Shown in pieces: positions 37,803-47,435 of a DNA stretch of 64,000 nucleotides. A program made the position numbers and the translations under genes. The stretch's first letter is position 1; each line of letters begins with the position of its first letter. The DNA is from an uncultured Planctomycetaceae bacterium. Lineage in GTDB: Bacteria; Planctomycetota; Planctomycetia; Planctomycetales; Planctomycetaceae. The stretch lies in NCBI GenBank assembly GCA_963976765.1, contig CAXBME010000024.1, positions 62,001 to 126,000 on the forward strand, in the 5' to 3' direction. A model generated the notes under the pieces. That model saw nothing but the letters and a program-made list of their open reading frames with translations. It did not search any database and had not been told where the DNA came from.

Positions 37803-38954
37803 CTACGAACTCTGAACGATGGCAGCGGTGAAGGCGACGAGGTCGCCTTTGGCTCGTGAGGCTTCAGCCCAGGCGTCGAGCTTGCCGGTCTTCGTGCAGA
37901 GTTCGGCGAACGAGAATGTTGGCTCGTCCAGAAATCGTAGATGTTTCCCCGCGATTTCCATGGCCTGCTCAAGATGACCGCAGCGAACCAGCAGGTCGAC
38001 CATCACGTACGCGATCATTTGCTGATCGGGCTCGTCGGGTTCGGCGTCAAGTTTCTGCTGGAAGTACGCCATCGCCTCGTCGACGTTCCGGCCGAGCAGC
38101 ACGTTCAGGAAGTGCTGGTGTGACGGGTAAAAATCTTCGAACGGTGCTTCGCCGGGGTACTGAAACTGCGTGTCGAGGTTGCAGCCGTACTCGGCCAGCT
38201 GTACGGCCTGTTCGAGTTCCGGCGTGCCTGGATCGAGGAACCTGGCAAATCTGACGACCGAATTCAGATGCGACACGTCGATATGGTAGTTGCCTTCCTG
38301 GAACAGCCACTCGCGTCCCATGATCAGCTCGCGAAGCGTGGGCTCTTTGGCGGCCGGCGGTAGAGGCATGCGGCGTTCGACTTCCGATTTGACCGTCATG
38401 ATCAGTTCGTCATACAGATGCTGCACGATCATCGCCGCGGCCTTTTGACGGTTTTCACCGTCGAGCCCCTGCATGGCCTGATCCATCGCGGTGATCGTGT
38501 TGCATGTTCCGTTGGACTGGAGCAGGAACTGCAGACCTCGGACGGGGTTTGCCCCCTCGTACAGTGCGATGTTGATCAGCTCCTGAGATTTCTCGTAGTC
38601 GTCGGGCAGCGTTGCTGTTTCGAGTGCTTCGGAAATCGCTTCAGGTTCCTGGATCGTCCGGAAGTAGACCCACGCTTCGCCGAGCTGGTTGTTTTTCAGA
38701 AACAGGTTGCCGACTTCTCGAGCACTGTCGACGTAGTATTTTTCGAAGTCGACTCGCTGATCTGCCGGAACATCGTCCAGCGACGTTGGATGCAGCAGCG
38801 GCAGACCCAGTTCGTTTTTCTTTCTCATCAGCAGTGCGTCGAACACGCGGTGATAATTCTTCTCGTTACGCAGAGTCTCGATCAGCAGGTCGATCGCCGC
38901 CTGAGGGCCCTCGGCAGACTTCAGCTCGGCAATTCGATCAAAGGCGGTGGTCAT
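37803..38954 (-). CDS. Conserved hypothetical all-helical protein
   Basis: 383-aa ORF with AGGAG RBS and host-like codons; GTCNTIT and YHIDVSHL motifs; function unknown. Confidence 0.75.
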   Translation of the reverse strand: MTTAFDRIAELKSAEGPQAAIDLLIETLRNEKNYHRVFDALLMRKKNELGLPLLHPTSLDDVPADQRVDFEKYYVDSAREVGNLFLKNNQLGEAWVYFRTIQEPEAISEALETATLPDDYEKSQELINIALYEGANPVRGLQFLLQSNGTCNTITAMDQAMQGLDGENRQKAAAMIVQHLYDELIMTVKSEVERRMPLPPAAKEPTLRELIMGREWLFQEGNYHIDVSHLNSVVRFARFLDPGTPELEQAVQLAEYGCNLDTQFQYPGEAPFEDFYPSHQHFLNVLLGRNVDEAMAYFQQKLDAEPDEPDQQMIAYVMVDLLVRCGHLEQAMEIAGKHLRFLDEPTFSFAELCTKTGKLDAWAEASRAKGDLVAFTAAIVQSS

Positions 38955-39121
38955 GACGACTCCTGTTGGGGTATCTCTGGTCCGGTTGAGACATCTCTGG
39001 TGGGAACGGTTCAGCCGCAGATTCTGGAGCGGCGAACCTTTGTGGCATCGGCGGGTCCGGGCAATCCGGCTAGTATGCAGCCCTCGGATCGAGATTGCAA
39101 AATACGGGCATTCTGACTGGA

Positions 39122-39280
39122 TTAACCGCAGAGACACAAAGCTGTGGAGTTCACATTGGTAATCTCCCTTCCTCTTTGTCTCTGTGGTTAAGATTACCTG
39201 CCCGAAGACTGATGAATGAGCCACGGATTGGTAAAGGATGCTTCGTGGAGACATCCGTGTTTATTTCGTGTAATCCGTGG
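39122..39280. repeat. Two adjacent palindromic REP-like elements
   Basis: ttaaccgcagagacacaaag / ctctttgtctctgtggttaa (39122-39191) and ccacggatt / aatccgtgg (39221-39280). Confidence 0.7.
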
Positions 39281-39374
39281 TTCTTTTTCAGGATGGGTAT
39301 GACTGTTGGCGGCTTTCGACGTTCGAAAATTCAGAGTTTACAAATGATTTCGAACGGTTTCTTACGGAGTGCTC

Positions 39375-40541
39375 GTGGCAAAACGCGGTAAGAACAAACA
39401 GAAACAGCGGGTGGCTTTCCGAAAGAATCGCGGGAAGCGGTCACGGAACGACAACAAACTGACGCGCGAGGCGGCGGGCATTGCCGACGCCGACGATGCC
39501 GAAGGCGCTCGCGTGGAAGATCTTCCGTCGGCAGAGCGTCTGTCCGGCAAAGGCGATCTGACTCGATCACGAACGGTCATCGTACAGGACACGGACGATG
39601 AATCCGGAGCGTTGACGATCGAAGTCAACGAAGCCAGCTGCCAGAAAGGGCGAGTGCTCAGCGCCACCGGCCTGAATTCGATTGTTCAGAACGACGATGG
39701 CGAGAAGTACGAATGCACCGTTCGGCGAGTCGTTCGCACGATGTCACGCGACGCTCGCAATGCAGTCGTTGCTGGTGACATTGTGCTGTTTCAGAAGCTG
39801 GACGAGCAGTACGGCGTCATCGAGCGGGTTGACTCCCGCCGCAGCACGCTTTCACGAGGCAGCAAGCGGCACGAGCACGTGATCGTTTCGAACGTCGATC
39901 AGGTCGTGATTGTCATGTCGGCCGTCGATCCGGTTCTCAAGCCCAGCCTCATCGACCGGTTCATCATCAGCTCGGCCAAGGGCGGCACGGAAGCAATCGT
40001 CTGTATTAATAAAGCTGACCTTGTTGACCCGGTCGAACTGCAGCCGGTACTCGGGCTGTACGGCCAGCTCGGCTACCAGACTGTTCTGACAAGTGCTGAA
40101 ACCGGCGGCGGTATACCGCTGCTGCGAAACCTGCTCAAAGGAAAGCAGTCAGTCTTCACCGGCCAGAGCGGCGTTGGAAAATCGTCGCTGCTCAACACGA
40201 TTCAGCCGGGTCTGGCACAGCCGACCAAAGACATCAGCACCTGGACGCACAAGGGAAAACACACCACTCGGCGAGCGATTCTGGTTGCTCTGGAATCCGG
40301 CGGCTGGGTCGTCGACACTCCAGGCATTCGGCAACTCGGCCTGTGGGACGTCATGCCGGAAGAAGTCGAGGGTTTTTTTGTCGAGTTCCGCCCGTTCGTC
40401 GCCCTGTGCCGATTCCCGGACTGCTCACACACCCACGAAACCGGCTGCCGCGTGAAACAGGCCGTTTCCGATGCCCTGATCACGAGAACCCGCTACCACA
40501 GCTACCTCAGAATCATGTCCGGCCAGGAAGAAGACGAGTAA
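39375..40541 (+). CDS. rsgA: Ribosome small subunit-dependent GTPase A
   Basis: VVAGD, NVDQVVIV, NKAD, GQSGVGKSSLLN, GKHTT, DTPG, zinc motif CRFPDCSHTHETGC. Confidence 0.95.
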   Translation: MAKRGKNKQKQRVAFRKNRGKRSRNDNKLTREAAGIADADDAEGARVEDLPSAERLSGKGDLTRSRTVIVQDTDDESGALTIEVNEASCQKGRVLSATGLNSIVQNDDGEKYECTVRRVVRTMSRDARNAVVAGDIVLFQKLDEQYGVIERVDSRRSTLSRGSKRHEHVIVSNVDQVVIVMSAVDPVLKPSLIDRFIISSAKGGTEAIVCINKADLVDPVELQPVLGLYGQLGYQTVLTSAETGGGIPLLRNLLKGKQSVFTGQSGVGKSSLLNTIQPGLAQPTKDISTWTHKGKHTTRRAILVALESGGWVVDTPGIRQLGLWDVMPEEVEGFFVEFRPFVALCRFPDCSHTHETGCRVKQAVSDALITRTRYHSYLRIMSGQEEDE

Positions 40542-40676
40542 TCACGTCTCGGTCGCCAGGCCCGGCATCACGATTCATCTTGCCCGAAATCGCCACTTTG
40601 GCTCTGCTACCGCGTTCGGATCGGCGATTTCCGCTCTCACAATCGCGACTTGATGGTTTTATCGAAGGAGCCCGCC

Positions 40677-42092
40677 ATGGATCGGCAGGGTAGAACATAT
40701 CGACACGGACGAAATTTGACCGTCCTCACCGCCAGCATTCTTCTAATTCTGGTGCTTCGCTGCGAGTTTGTGTTTGCCGAGCCGATTTCGGTCAGCGAGC
40801 CAGCCAGCGAACAGCGAGTGTTTTCTGTCCGTGCCAGGCTGCAGGTCAGCGGCCAGATCGAAACGTCATCGCAACCGGCTGCTGCGTCTGGTCAAGCGGC
40901 CGCAGCTGCAAAGCCCGCTGGATTGAAACTGAACGTCGATGGCAAGTTCAGCTTCCTTGAACGTCGCCTCCCGGCTGGCGGTCAGGATGCGGACGCCTTC
41001 CGAACGTTGCGACGTTACCAGCTGGCCGAAGCCGACATCACGATCGACGGTCAGAAAACGGTTAACCAGCTTCCGAGCAACGCTCGGCAGATCGTTGCTG
41101 AAGGAACGAATACCGGAATCCGAGTCTGGTCGCCGGACACTCGCATGTCCTACCTGGCGACCGAACTGCTGAGGTCGCCCGGCGACAGCCTCGCTCTGGC
41201 TGCCCTGCTCCCGACGACGCCGGTGGAACAAGGATCGAGCTGGGAACCTCCCTACTGGACGCTGCCCATGCTGACCGGCATCGAAGCTGTTTCGAAATCC
41301 AGCCTGAAATGCGAAGTCAGCAAAATCGACGATCAGTACGTCGTCATTCTGGTTTCCGGCGGCGTGGAAGGAGCGACACTCGGAGCGTTTGCCAATATCA
41401 CGATCGAAGGTCAGATCGCCTGGGACCGCAAAGCCGGACATATTCGCCAGGCAAAGATTACTCAGAAGGAAAAGCGAACCGTCGGAGCGGTCAGTCCGGG
41501 CATGAATGTCACCGCGACGGTCTACGTCGACCGGCAGATCTCTGGAGTGAAGGGCGGCCTGACAGACTCGGCCACCGATGCCATTCCCATCAGCCCGGAA
41601 GCTGACCAGCTCGTACTGGCGTTTTCGTGTCCCTGGAATTTGACATTCGGCTGCGATCGTGACTGGCACGTTTTTCATCAGACCAAAGACGTCGCCGTGC
41701 TGAGGTATCTTCGAAATGGAAGCCTCATTGCACAGTGCAACGTCTCACCAGTTCCGCCAGCGGCAGCGGGAAGCCACACTTCTGAGCCGCAGTTTCAATC
41801 AGATATTCAGACGGCTCTCGGAAGTCAGTTCCGCAAGATCGAAAAGGCCGAGCAGATTCCGACAACCGACGGACGATGGTTGTACCGGGTGACTGCTACC
41901 GGAGTCGCCCGCGACGTCCCAATGCACTGGTTCTATTACCTGTGCGCTGCTCCGGATGGTCGACAGGTCGCGTTTGTGTACGCGATTGAAAGCAAGCTTG
42001 TCGAACAGTTTGGCGGTCAGGACATCGCCCAGGTGAGCAGTCTGCAATTCCTGCCGGGGACAACGTCGACGGCCGCGAGGACCGGACCGTAG
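40677..42092 (+). CDS. Hypothetical exported protein
   Basis: AAGGAG RBS, signal-peptide-like N-terminus, beta-rich 471-aa ORF; no family recognised. Confidence 0.75.
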   Translation: MDRQGRTYRHGRNLTVLTASILLILVLRCEFVFAEPISVSEPASEQRVFSVRARLQVSGQIETSSQPAAASGQAAAAAKPAGLKLNVDGKFSFLERRLPAGGQDADAFRTLRRYQLAEADITIDGQKTVNQLPSNARQIVAEGTNTGIRVWSPDTRMSYLATELLRSPGDSLALAALLPTTPVEQGSSWEPPYWTLPMLTGIEAVSKSSLKCEVSKIDDQYVVILVSGGVEGATLGAFANITIEGQIAWDRKAGHIRQAKITQKEKRTVGAVSPGMNVTATVYVDRQISGVKGGLTDSATDAIPISPEADQLVLAFSCPWNLTFGCDRDWHVFHQTKDVAVLRYLRNGSLIAQCNVSPVPPAAAGSHTSEPQFQSDIQTALGSQFRKIEKAEQIPTTDGRWLYRVTATGVARDVPMHWFYYLCAAPDGRQVAFVYAIESKLVEQFGGQDIAQVSSLQFLPGTTSTAARTGP

Positions 42093-42105
42093 GGACGCCA
42101 CAACT

Positions 42106-42176
42106 GTAGGGTAGGCACCGCCCACCAGAACAAAGGATCGTCAGCCATCGTGAGTGGTGGGCAGTGCCCACCTTAC
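42106..42176. repeat. GTAG-type REP doublet between convergent genes
   Basis: gtagggtaggcaccgcccacca and tggtgggcagtgcccaccttac, 19/22 match as inverted repeats. Confidence 0.8.
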
Positions 42177-42182
42177 GGAATG

Positions 42183-43550
42183 TCACGAGCGGATCGAATC
42201 GAAGATCGCTTCGCCGGCGTAGCCGAATTCGTTGCTTTCTGCCAGGCGGAGCAACTGGTTGTACTTCGCCAGACGCTCGCTTCTGGCCACCGATCCAACT
42301 TTCAACTGACCAGCTCCCGTCGCGACGACAAGGTCGGCGATCGTCGTGTCTTCGGTCTCCCCGCTTCGAGCGGAAACGACCGGCCAGTAACCATTATCCA
42401 AGGCCAGCTTCAGCGTTTGCAAAGTCTCGGTCAGTGTCCCGATCTGGTTCAGCTTAATCAGAACGCTGTTGCCGACTCCGGAGTCAATGCCGCGTTGCAG
42501 CCGCTCCTGATTCGTCACGAAGAGGTCGTCGCCGATCAGTTGAACTCGGTGACCAAGTCGCTGCGTCAGTACCTGCCAGCCTTCCCAGTCATCTTCGTCA
42601 AGTCCGTCTTCGATGCTGATGATCGGGTAACGGTTAACCCAGTCTTCAAGCAGGTTGACGACGTCCGCGGCGGTCAGTTCTTCGTCGCCGGTCGCCGCGA
42701 GTCGGTACTTGCCCTCGTGATGAAAGTGCGAACTGGCAACGTCCAGACCAATGCAGACGTCCTCGCCCGGTTGAAGTCCTGCGGCTTCGATGGCGGCGAC
42801 AACGAAATCCAGCGCATGCTCATTCGACGACAGCTTTGGCCCGAATCCGCCTTCGTCACCAACGAGCACGCCTTCGAATCCCGCCTTCATCAACAGTTGC
42901 CCAACGTGCTGATAAACCGTGACGATCCACTCAAACGCCTGCGGATACGAAGTCGCTCCGACGGGAAGAATGAGGTAGTCCTGGAAGTCGAGATTGCCGC
43001 CAGCGTGCTTACCTCCGGAAATCATATTGACCATTGGCAGCGGCAAAGCCGGAGCTGCGCCCAGACAGACCGTTCGTTTCGACGAGTCTGATTCGGTAAG
43101 GGTGCCACTGCCCCCCGAATCGTGCTCTTGCCAGGCTTGGCGAAACTGATCGACCGGTCGAACATTCCTGGCTTCGGCTGCGGCATAAACGGCAGCCAGA
43201 GACACGCCAAGAATCGCGTTCGCGCCGAGCCGCGACTTGTTCGGCGTTCCGTCGAGTTCGATCAGCAATCGATCAATCACTTGCTGATCAGCGGCGTCTT
43301 TACCAACGAGTTCCGACCGAATTTTTGTGTTCACATTTTCGACAGCTTTGCGAACTCCGAGTCCCTGCAAACGCTTTGCGTCGCCGTCGCGAAGTTCGAG
43401 TGCTTCGAAAACGCCGGTGCTCGCCCCGCTGGGAACCATCGCCCTGCCCGGTCGAGAGCCTTTGCAGGCAATCTCAACCTCGACGGTCGGTCGCCCGCGA
43501 CTGTCGAAAACTTCTCTCGCGTGAACTGTCTCGATTTGAGTCGACGTCAT
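42183..43550 (-). CDS. eno: Enolase-family protein, atypical paralog
   Basis: AREVFDSRGRPTVEV, VPSGASTG, NKSRLGANAILGVS, GDEGGF, SIEDG, GDDLFVTN, IKLNQIG, SARSGETED, RSERLAKYNQLLR. Confidence 0.85.
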   Translation of the reverse strand: MTSTQIETVHAREVFDSRGRPTVEVEIACKGSRPGRAMVPSGASTGVFEALELRDGDAKRLQGLGVRKAVENVNTKIRSELVGKDAADQQVIDRLLIELDGTPNKSRLGANAILGVSLAAVYAAAEARNVRPVDQFRQAWQEHDSGGSGTLTESDSSKRTVCLGAAPALPLPMVNMISGGKHAGGNLDFQDYLILPVGATSYPQAFEWIVTVYQHVGQLLMKAGFEGVLVGDEGGFGPKLSSNEHALDFVVAAIEAAGLQPGEDVCIGLDVASSHFHHEGKYRLAATGDEELTAADVVNLLEDWVNRYPIISIEDGLDEDDWEGWQVLTQRLGHRVQLIGDDLFVTNQERLQRGIDSGVGNSVLIKLNQIGTLTETLQTLKLALDNGYWPVVSARSGETEDTTIADLVVATGAGQLKVGSVARSERLAKYNQLLRLAESNEFGYAGEAIFDSIRS

Positions 43551-43916
43551 GGATGAGATCCAAAGCTGAGCCGGTTCCAACCGGTCGATATGCACAAGTC
43601 AGTCCGGCGGAAACCGGTGAGATGCAGATTCGTGATTCAGTCGAGCATCGTAGTTGAACGCTGTGTTTTTTTCGTGCGAGCGAGACTTTGCGAAAGTGTT
43701 CGCTGAACGATGTTTCCCAAAGGCAGCTCCATGCAACAGGACGCCTCGCAGGCGAGTGGCAGCTCGCCATTGCGACTTCTCGAAATCACTGACGTCGTCG
43801 ACTCAAATCTGGTTTCGCAGTACGCTGGAACAAACTTCGGAAGGGTCACAGTCTCTTCCGTTTCGCGGATTTCAGTCAGCCCCCGTCAGTGCTCAACATC
43901 ATTTCGGACGATACTT

Positions 43917-44882
43917 GTGCCTCATCCTGGAATCATTGTACTCGGCTCGGTGAATACCGACCTGGTGGTCAATTCTGCTCAACTTCCGGCCGCTGGCGAA
44001 ACTGTTATCGGCGGCAGCTTTTACAAGGCGAGTGGCGGCAAGGGAGCGAATCAGGCGGTCGCTGCGGCTCGAACTTCCGGCCAGCCGGTTGGCTTCATTG
44101 CGGCAGTTGGCAATGACGATTTCGGCAAGGGAGCGATCAGGCAACTCCGCCGCGAAAACATCGCCACCCAGCATATTCGCATGATTGATGACCAGCCGAC
44201 CGGAGTGGCGTTGATCATGGTCGACGAACGCGGCGAGAATCAGATCAGCGTAGCCTCGGGAGCAAACGCTTTTTTAACTCCGGAAGACGTTACCAGCATT
44301 TCCGACGAATTCTTCTCCGAGGCAAGTGTCTTTGTGGCCTGTCTGGAATCGCCAATTGAAACCGTCATCGCCGGTTTGAAACGTGCGAAGGCAGCCGGGC
44401 TGACAACGATTCTCAATCCCGCACCTGCTCACGAAACGGCGTGCGATCGCGAGGTTCTGCAACTCGTCGACGTCCTGACGCCCAACGAGTCTGAAGCCAC
44501 ATTCCTCAGCGGCTGGGACGAAATGAAAGACCTCGAGGATGCCTGCATCTGGTGCGAACAGCTTCAGCAGCGAGGCAGCCAACGGATTATCATTACTCGC
44601 GGCGACAAAGGCTGCATTCTGAAAGACGATTCAAGCGACGTCTGTCTGAGTCCGGCTTTTGTCGTGAACGCTGTTGACGCAACCGGCGCCGGTGACTGTT
44701 TCAACGGAGCACTCGCTGCCGGACTGGCCGAAGGCAAAACGCTGATTGAAGCCACCCGGTTCGCGATGGCGGCGGCCGCTTTGTCAGTCACCCGGCGAGG
44801 AGCCATTCCTTCACTTCCGACCAGAGAAGAAGTTGAACAGTTTCTGGCCAGCGATCCCGAGCGGTCGCAACTCGCCCTTTGA
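43917..44882 (+). CDS. rbsK: Ribokinase (PfkB family)
   Basis: VLGSVNTDLV, GGKGANQAVAAAR, GENQISVASGAN, LNPAP, TPNESEA, DATGAGDCFNG; GTG 43917. Confidence 0.88.
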   Translation: MPHPGIIVLGSVNTDLVVNSAQLPAAGETVIGGSFYKASGGKGANQAVAAARTSGQPVGFIAAVGNDDFGKGAIRQLRRENIATQHIRMIDDQPTGVALIMVDERGENQISVASGANAFLTPEDVTSISDEFFSEASVFVACLESPIETVIAGLKRAKAAGLTTILNPAPAHETACDREVLQLVDVLTPNESEATFLSGWDEMKDLEDACIWCEQLQQRGSQRIIITRGDKGCILKDDSSDVCLSPAFVVNAVDATGAGDCFNGALAAGLAEGKTLIEATRFAMAAAALSVTRRGAIPSLPTREEVEQFLASDPERSQLAL

Positions 44883-44988
44883 ACTGTCACCCGCGTCATC
44901 AAATTCGTTCTTCGGCCTCCCCCATCGATCGGTCGAGACACTACACTGCGACGTTCGAACATTCTGGTTAAGAATGCTGGAGGCTGCG

Positions 44989-46023
44989 GTGCTGCATAAA
45001 ATCTTCGTTGTTGTTCTCAGTTGGTCCGTTGCGTTTTCGGCGTCAACGTTGCTGCACGCGGCCGATGACGAGCTGTTCGCTCCACTGTCTGCTGAGAAAG
45101 CCCGGGCTCAAACGCTCGACTGGGCGTCGGGACAGGGTCTGAAAGATCGAGCGATCATCGATTCGATCGGAAAACTGTGGTCTCCCGGAGATGCTCAGAA
45201 AACACCGGCGGAACTCCACAAGCTGACTGTTCAGACTTTTGCTCTGGCAAAGCCGCCGGTGGCCGAACTGCTCAAACAGTGTCACTTCGGAATTCTCGCC
45301 GCGCCAACGTCACCGCTGCTTGAAGGCGAGGCCAGCGACGATTTCTTTTCGAACAATCTGCGAGCTTACGTCGGCACGTTTCTGGCACAGGCCGAGTTCT
45401 TTGACGAAGCTCTCGTCCTGTTCGAGCAAACAACGCCTCAGCAACTGGTCGACCCCGCGTCGTACTTCTTTCACAAGGCTGTCTGCGAACACCGGCTGCT
45501 TAAAGCGAAAGAAGGTCTTGCGACGCTGAAACAGCTTCTGGAAAACACATCGGACGTGCCGGTGCGATATTCGACGGTCGCCGACCTGATGAAGGCAGAT
45601 CTGGAGAAGCTCAAAGAAAAATCGCTCGACGAAGTGTCGCGAATGATGTCCGACGTTGAGCGGCGGCTGAAGCTTGGACGCGGCGGGGCAAAGGTACAGA
45701 AGACTGAAGAGGAAATCGTCGCACGGCTTGACGAGCTGATTAAGAAACTCGAACAGCAACAGCAGCAACAATCGCAAAGCCAGAGCGGCAGCGGCCAGGG
45801 CGCTCCTGAAGCCGCCCCGGACAGCATCATCAAGGGCTCAACGGCGCCCGGCGAAGTCGACGAACGCGACATCGGCAAAAAGGCTGGCTGGGGAGCGTTG
45901 CCTCCGAAGCAGCAGACTAAGGCCAGAAATCTGATCGACCGTGAACTGCCGCCGCACTATCGCAACGCCATCGAGCAATACCTTCGCAAACTCGCCACGC
46001 GTCCGGAATCCCGCTCACGATAA
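44989..46023 (+). CDS. Hypothetical exported helical protein with Q-rich linker
   Basis: GGAGG RBS, signal peptide, TPR-like helices, QQQQQQSQSQS linker, C-terminal WGALPP..LPPHYRNAIEQYLRKLA. Confidence 0.78.
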   Translation: MLHKIFVVVLSWSVAFSASTLLHAADDELFAPLSAEKARAQTLDWASGQGLKDRAIIDSIGKLWSPGDAQKTPAELHKLTVQTFALAKPPVAELLKQCHFGILAAPTSPLLEGEASDDFFSNNLRAYVGTFLAQAEFFDEALVLFEQTTPQQLVDPASYFFHKAVCEHRLLKAKEGLATLKQLLENTSDVPVRYSTVADLMKADLEKLKEKSLDEVSRMMSDVERRLKLGRGGAKVQKTEEEIVARLDELIKKLEQQQQQQSQSQSGSGQGAPEAAPDSIIKGSTAPGEVDERDIGKKAGWGALPPKQQTKARNLIDRELPPHYRNAIEQYLRKLATRPESRSR

Positions 46024-46064
46024 CTCTCCCAAAGTAACGGCCTGAAGGCTCAAGGACAGATCTG

Positions 46065-47228
46065 ATGACGGCATCAGCAGCGATGGTGCTCCTGGCAATG
46101 GTGAGTGCTACTCCGGTCGAGATCTCGACGATCGACGGCGCGAGGCATGCTGGAACGCTCACGTCGGCCGACGCCGATTTCTGGAAGGTTGAATCGAACG
46201 GCAAAGTTGTCGACGTGCCGCTGTCCAGCATTCTGGAAGCACGATTACCGGCCAACGGGGAAGCGTCTCCGGCAGCACTTCACGAAACTGTTCTGACAGA
46301 CGGTTCCCAGATCGGCACCCGAACTGTCGCACTGGCCGGAGACAGGCTGACGATCGCAGCAGCTTCGACTGAATCGATTCAACTTCCCAGGTCGGCTATC
46401 GAGAATATTCGTCTGGCCGAATCGCCCAGCAGCGTCGACGACCAGTGGACGGCGCTGCTCGAACGCGAACGTCGCGAAGACTGGCTTGTTTTGAGGAAAC
46501 AGGACAAGCTGGATTTTGTCCCCGGCGTCATCAGCGAAATCAACGAGACTCACGTCGTACTTCTCCTTGACGGCGATAGTGTTCCGGTGCCGAGGCCGAA
46601 GGTTTTTGGAGTCATCCTGCGACAACGACAGACCGAAACAGCAAGACCTGGAGGCATTATCGAGCTTGTCAGCGGTGACCGGCTGGCCGTTCAATCAGTC
46701 AGCAGCAAAGGCGATGATTTCACGCTGCATCTGACAGCTGGACCATCGATCGTTGTTCCGATACTGAGTGTTCGATCTGCCGACTTCAGCGCCGACAAGC
46801 TGACCTGGCTGTCGTCACTCAAGCCGCGAGACATCAAGCACGAATTCCGATTCATCGACCCCGCAGCGGCCATGAAGAACGATCAGGATGTCTGGGGAGA
46901 CGAGCTGCGGCTCGGCAACCAGACGTTTACTCGCGGTCTCTGCATCAGATCAAAAACCGTCGTGCAATATCGATTGAACGGTGATTACAGCCGGTTCGTC
47001 GCGCTGATGGGAATTCAACATGGTTACGCTGGCGATGTCCACGTTCAGATCTCAGCGGACGGTCAACACCTGCTGACCCAGGATGTTTCTCCTCAGGACG
47101 AAGCTCCCTTCAAGATCGACCTGAACATCTCAGGAAAATTCACGCTGGAAATTCTCGTTGACTACGGGAAAGTCGAAAGCGACATCGGTGACCACCTCGT
47201 CCTGGCTGAGGCTCGACTTCTCAAGTAG
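46065..47228 (+). CDS. NPCBM/NEW2 domain-containing exported protein
   Basis: C-terminal WLSSL..LRLGNQTFTRGL..YSRFVALMGI..LEILVDYG..GDHLVLAEARL, typical of NPCBM. Confidence 0.8.
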   Translation: MTASAAMVLLAMVSATPVEISTIDGARHAGTLTSADADFWKVESNGKVVDVPLSSILEARLPANGEASPAALHETVLTDGSQIGTRTVALAGDRLTIAAASTESIQLPRSAIENIRLAESPSSVDDQWTALLERERREDWLVLRKQDKLDFVPGVISEINETHVVLLLDGDSVPVPRPKVFGVILRQRQTETARPGGIIELVSGDRLAVQSVSSKGDDFTLHLTAGPSIVVPILSVRSADFSADKLTWLSSLKPRDIKHEFRFIDPAAAMKNDQDVWGDELRLGNQTFTRGLCIRSKTVVQYRLNGDYSRFVALMGIQHGYAGDVHVQISADGQHLLTQDVSPQDEAPFKIDLNISGKFTLEILVDYGKVESDIGDHLVLAEARLLK

Positions 47229-47246
47229 CCATTACTTGCAGATCTG

Positions 47247-47435
47247 ACGCAAGGTCGCAGAGACGCTAAGCAATGCAAAGATTCGGAATTCTCAGTGCAA
47301 ACTTACTTCCAACCCCGTTTCACAAAAAAGACATCCGTTATGTCGATTCCGAGTAAGATCTTTGCATCGACAGCCAGCGACGTGCAAAGACCATTCACTT
47401 TCTGTGCAAATCTTTGCGTCTCCGCGTTTTGGCGT
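47247..47435. repeat. Extended nested palindromic REP-like element overlapping the protease 5' end
   Basis: Outer arms acgcaaggtcgcagagacgctaag / ctttgcgtctccgcgttttggcgt; inner arms atgcaaagat / atctttgcat and tcggaat / attccga. Confidence 0.6.

Noticed and set aside
42150..43091. 313-aa plus-strand ORF
   Set aside because: Antisense shadow of the enolase-family gene.
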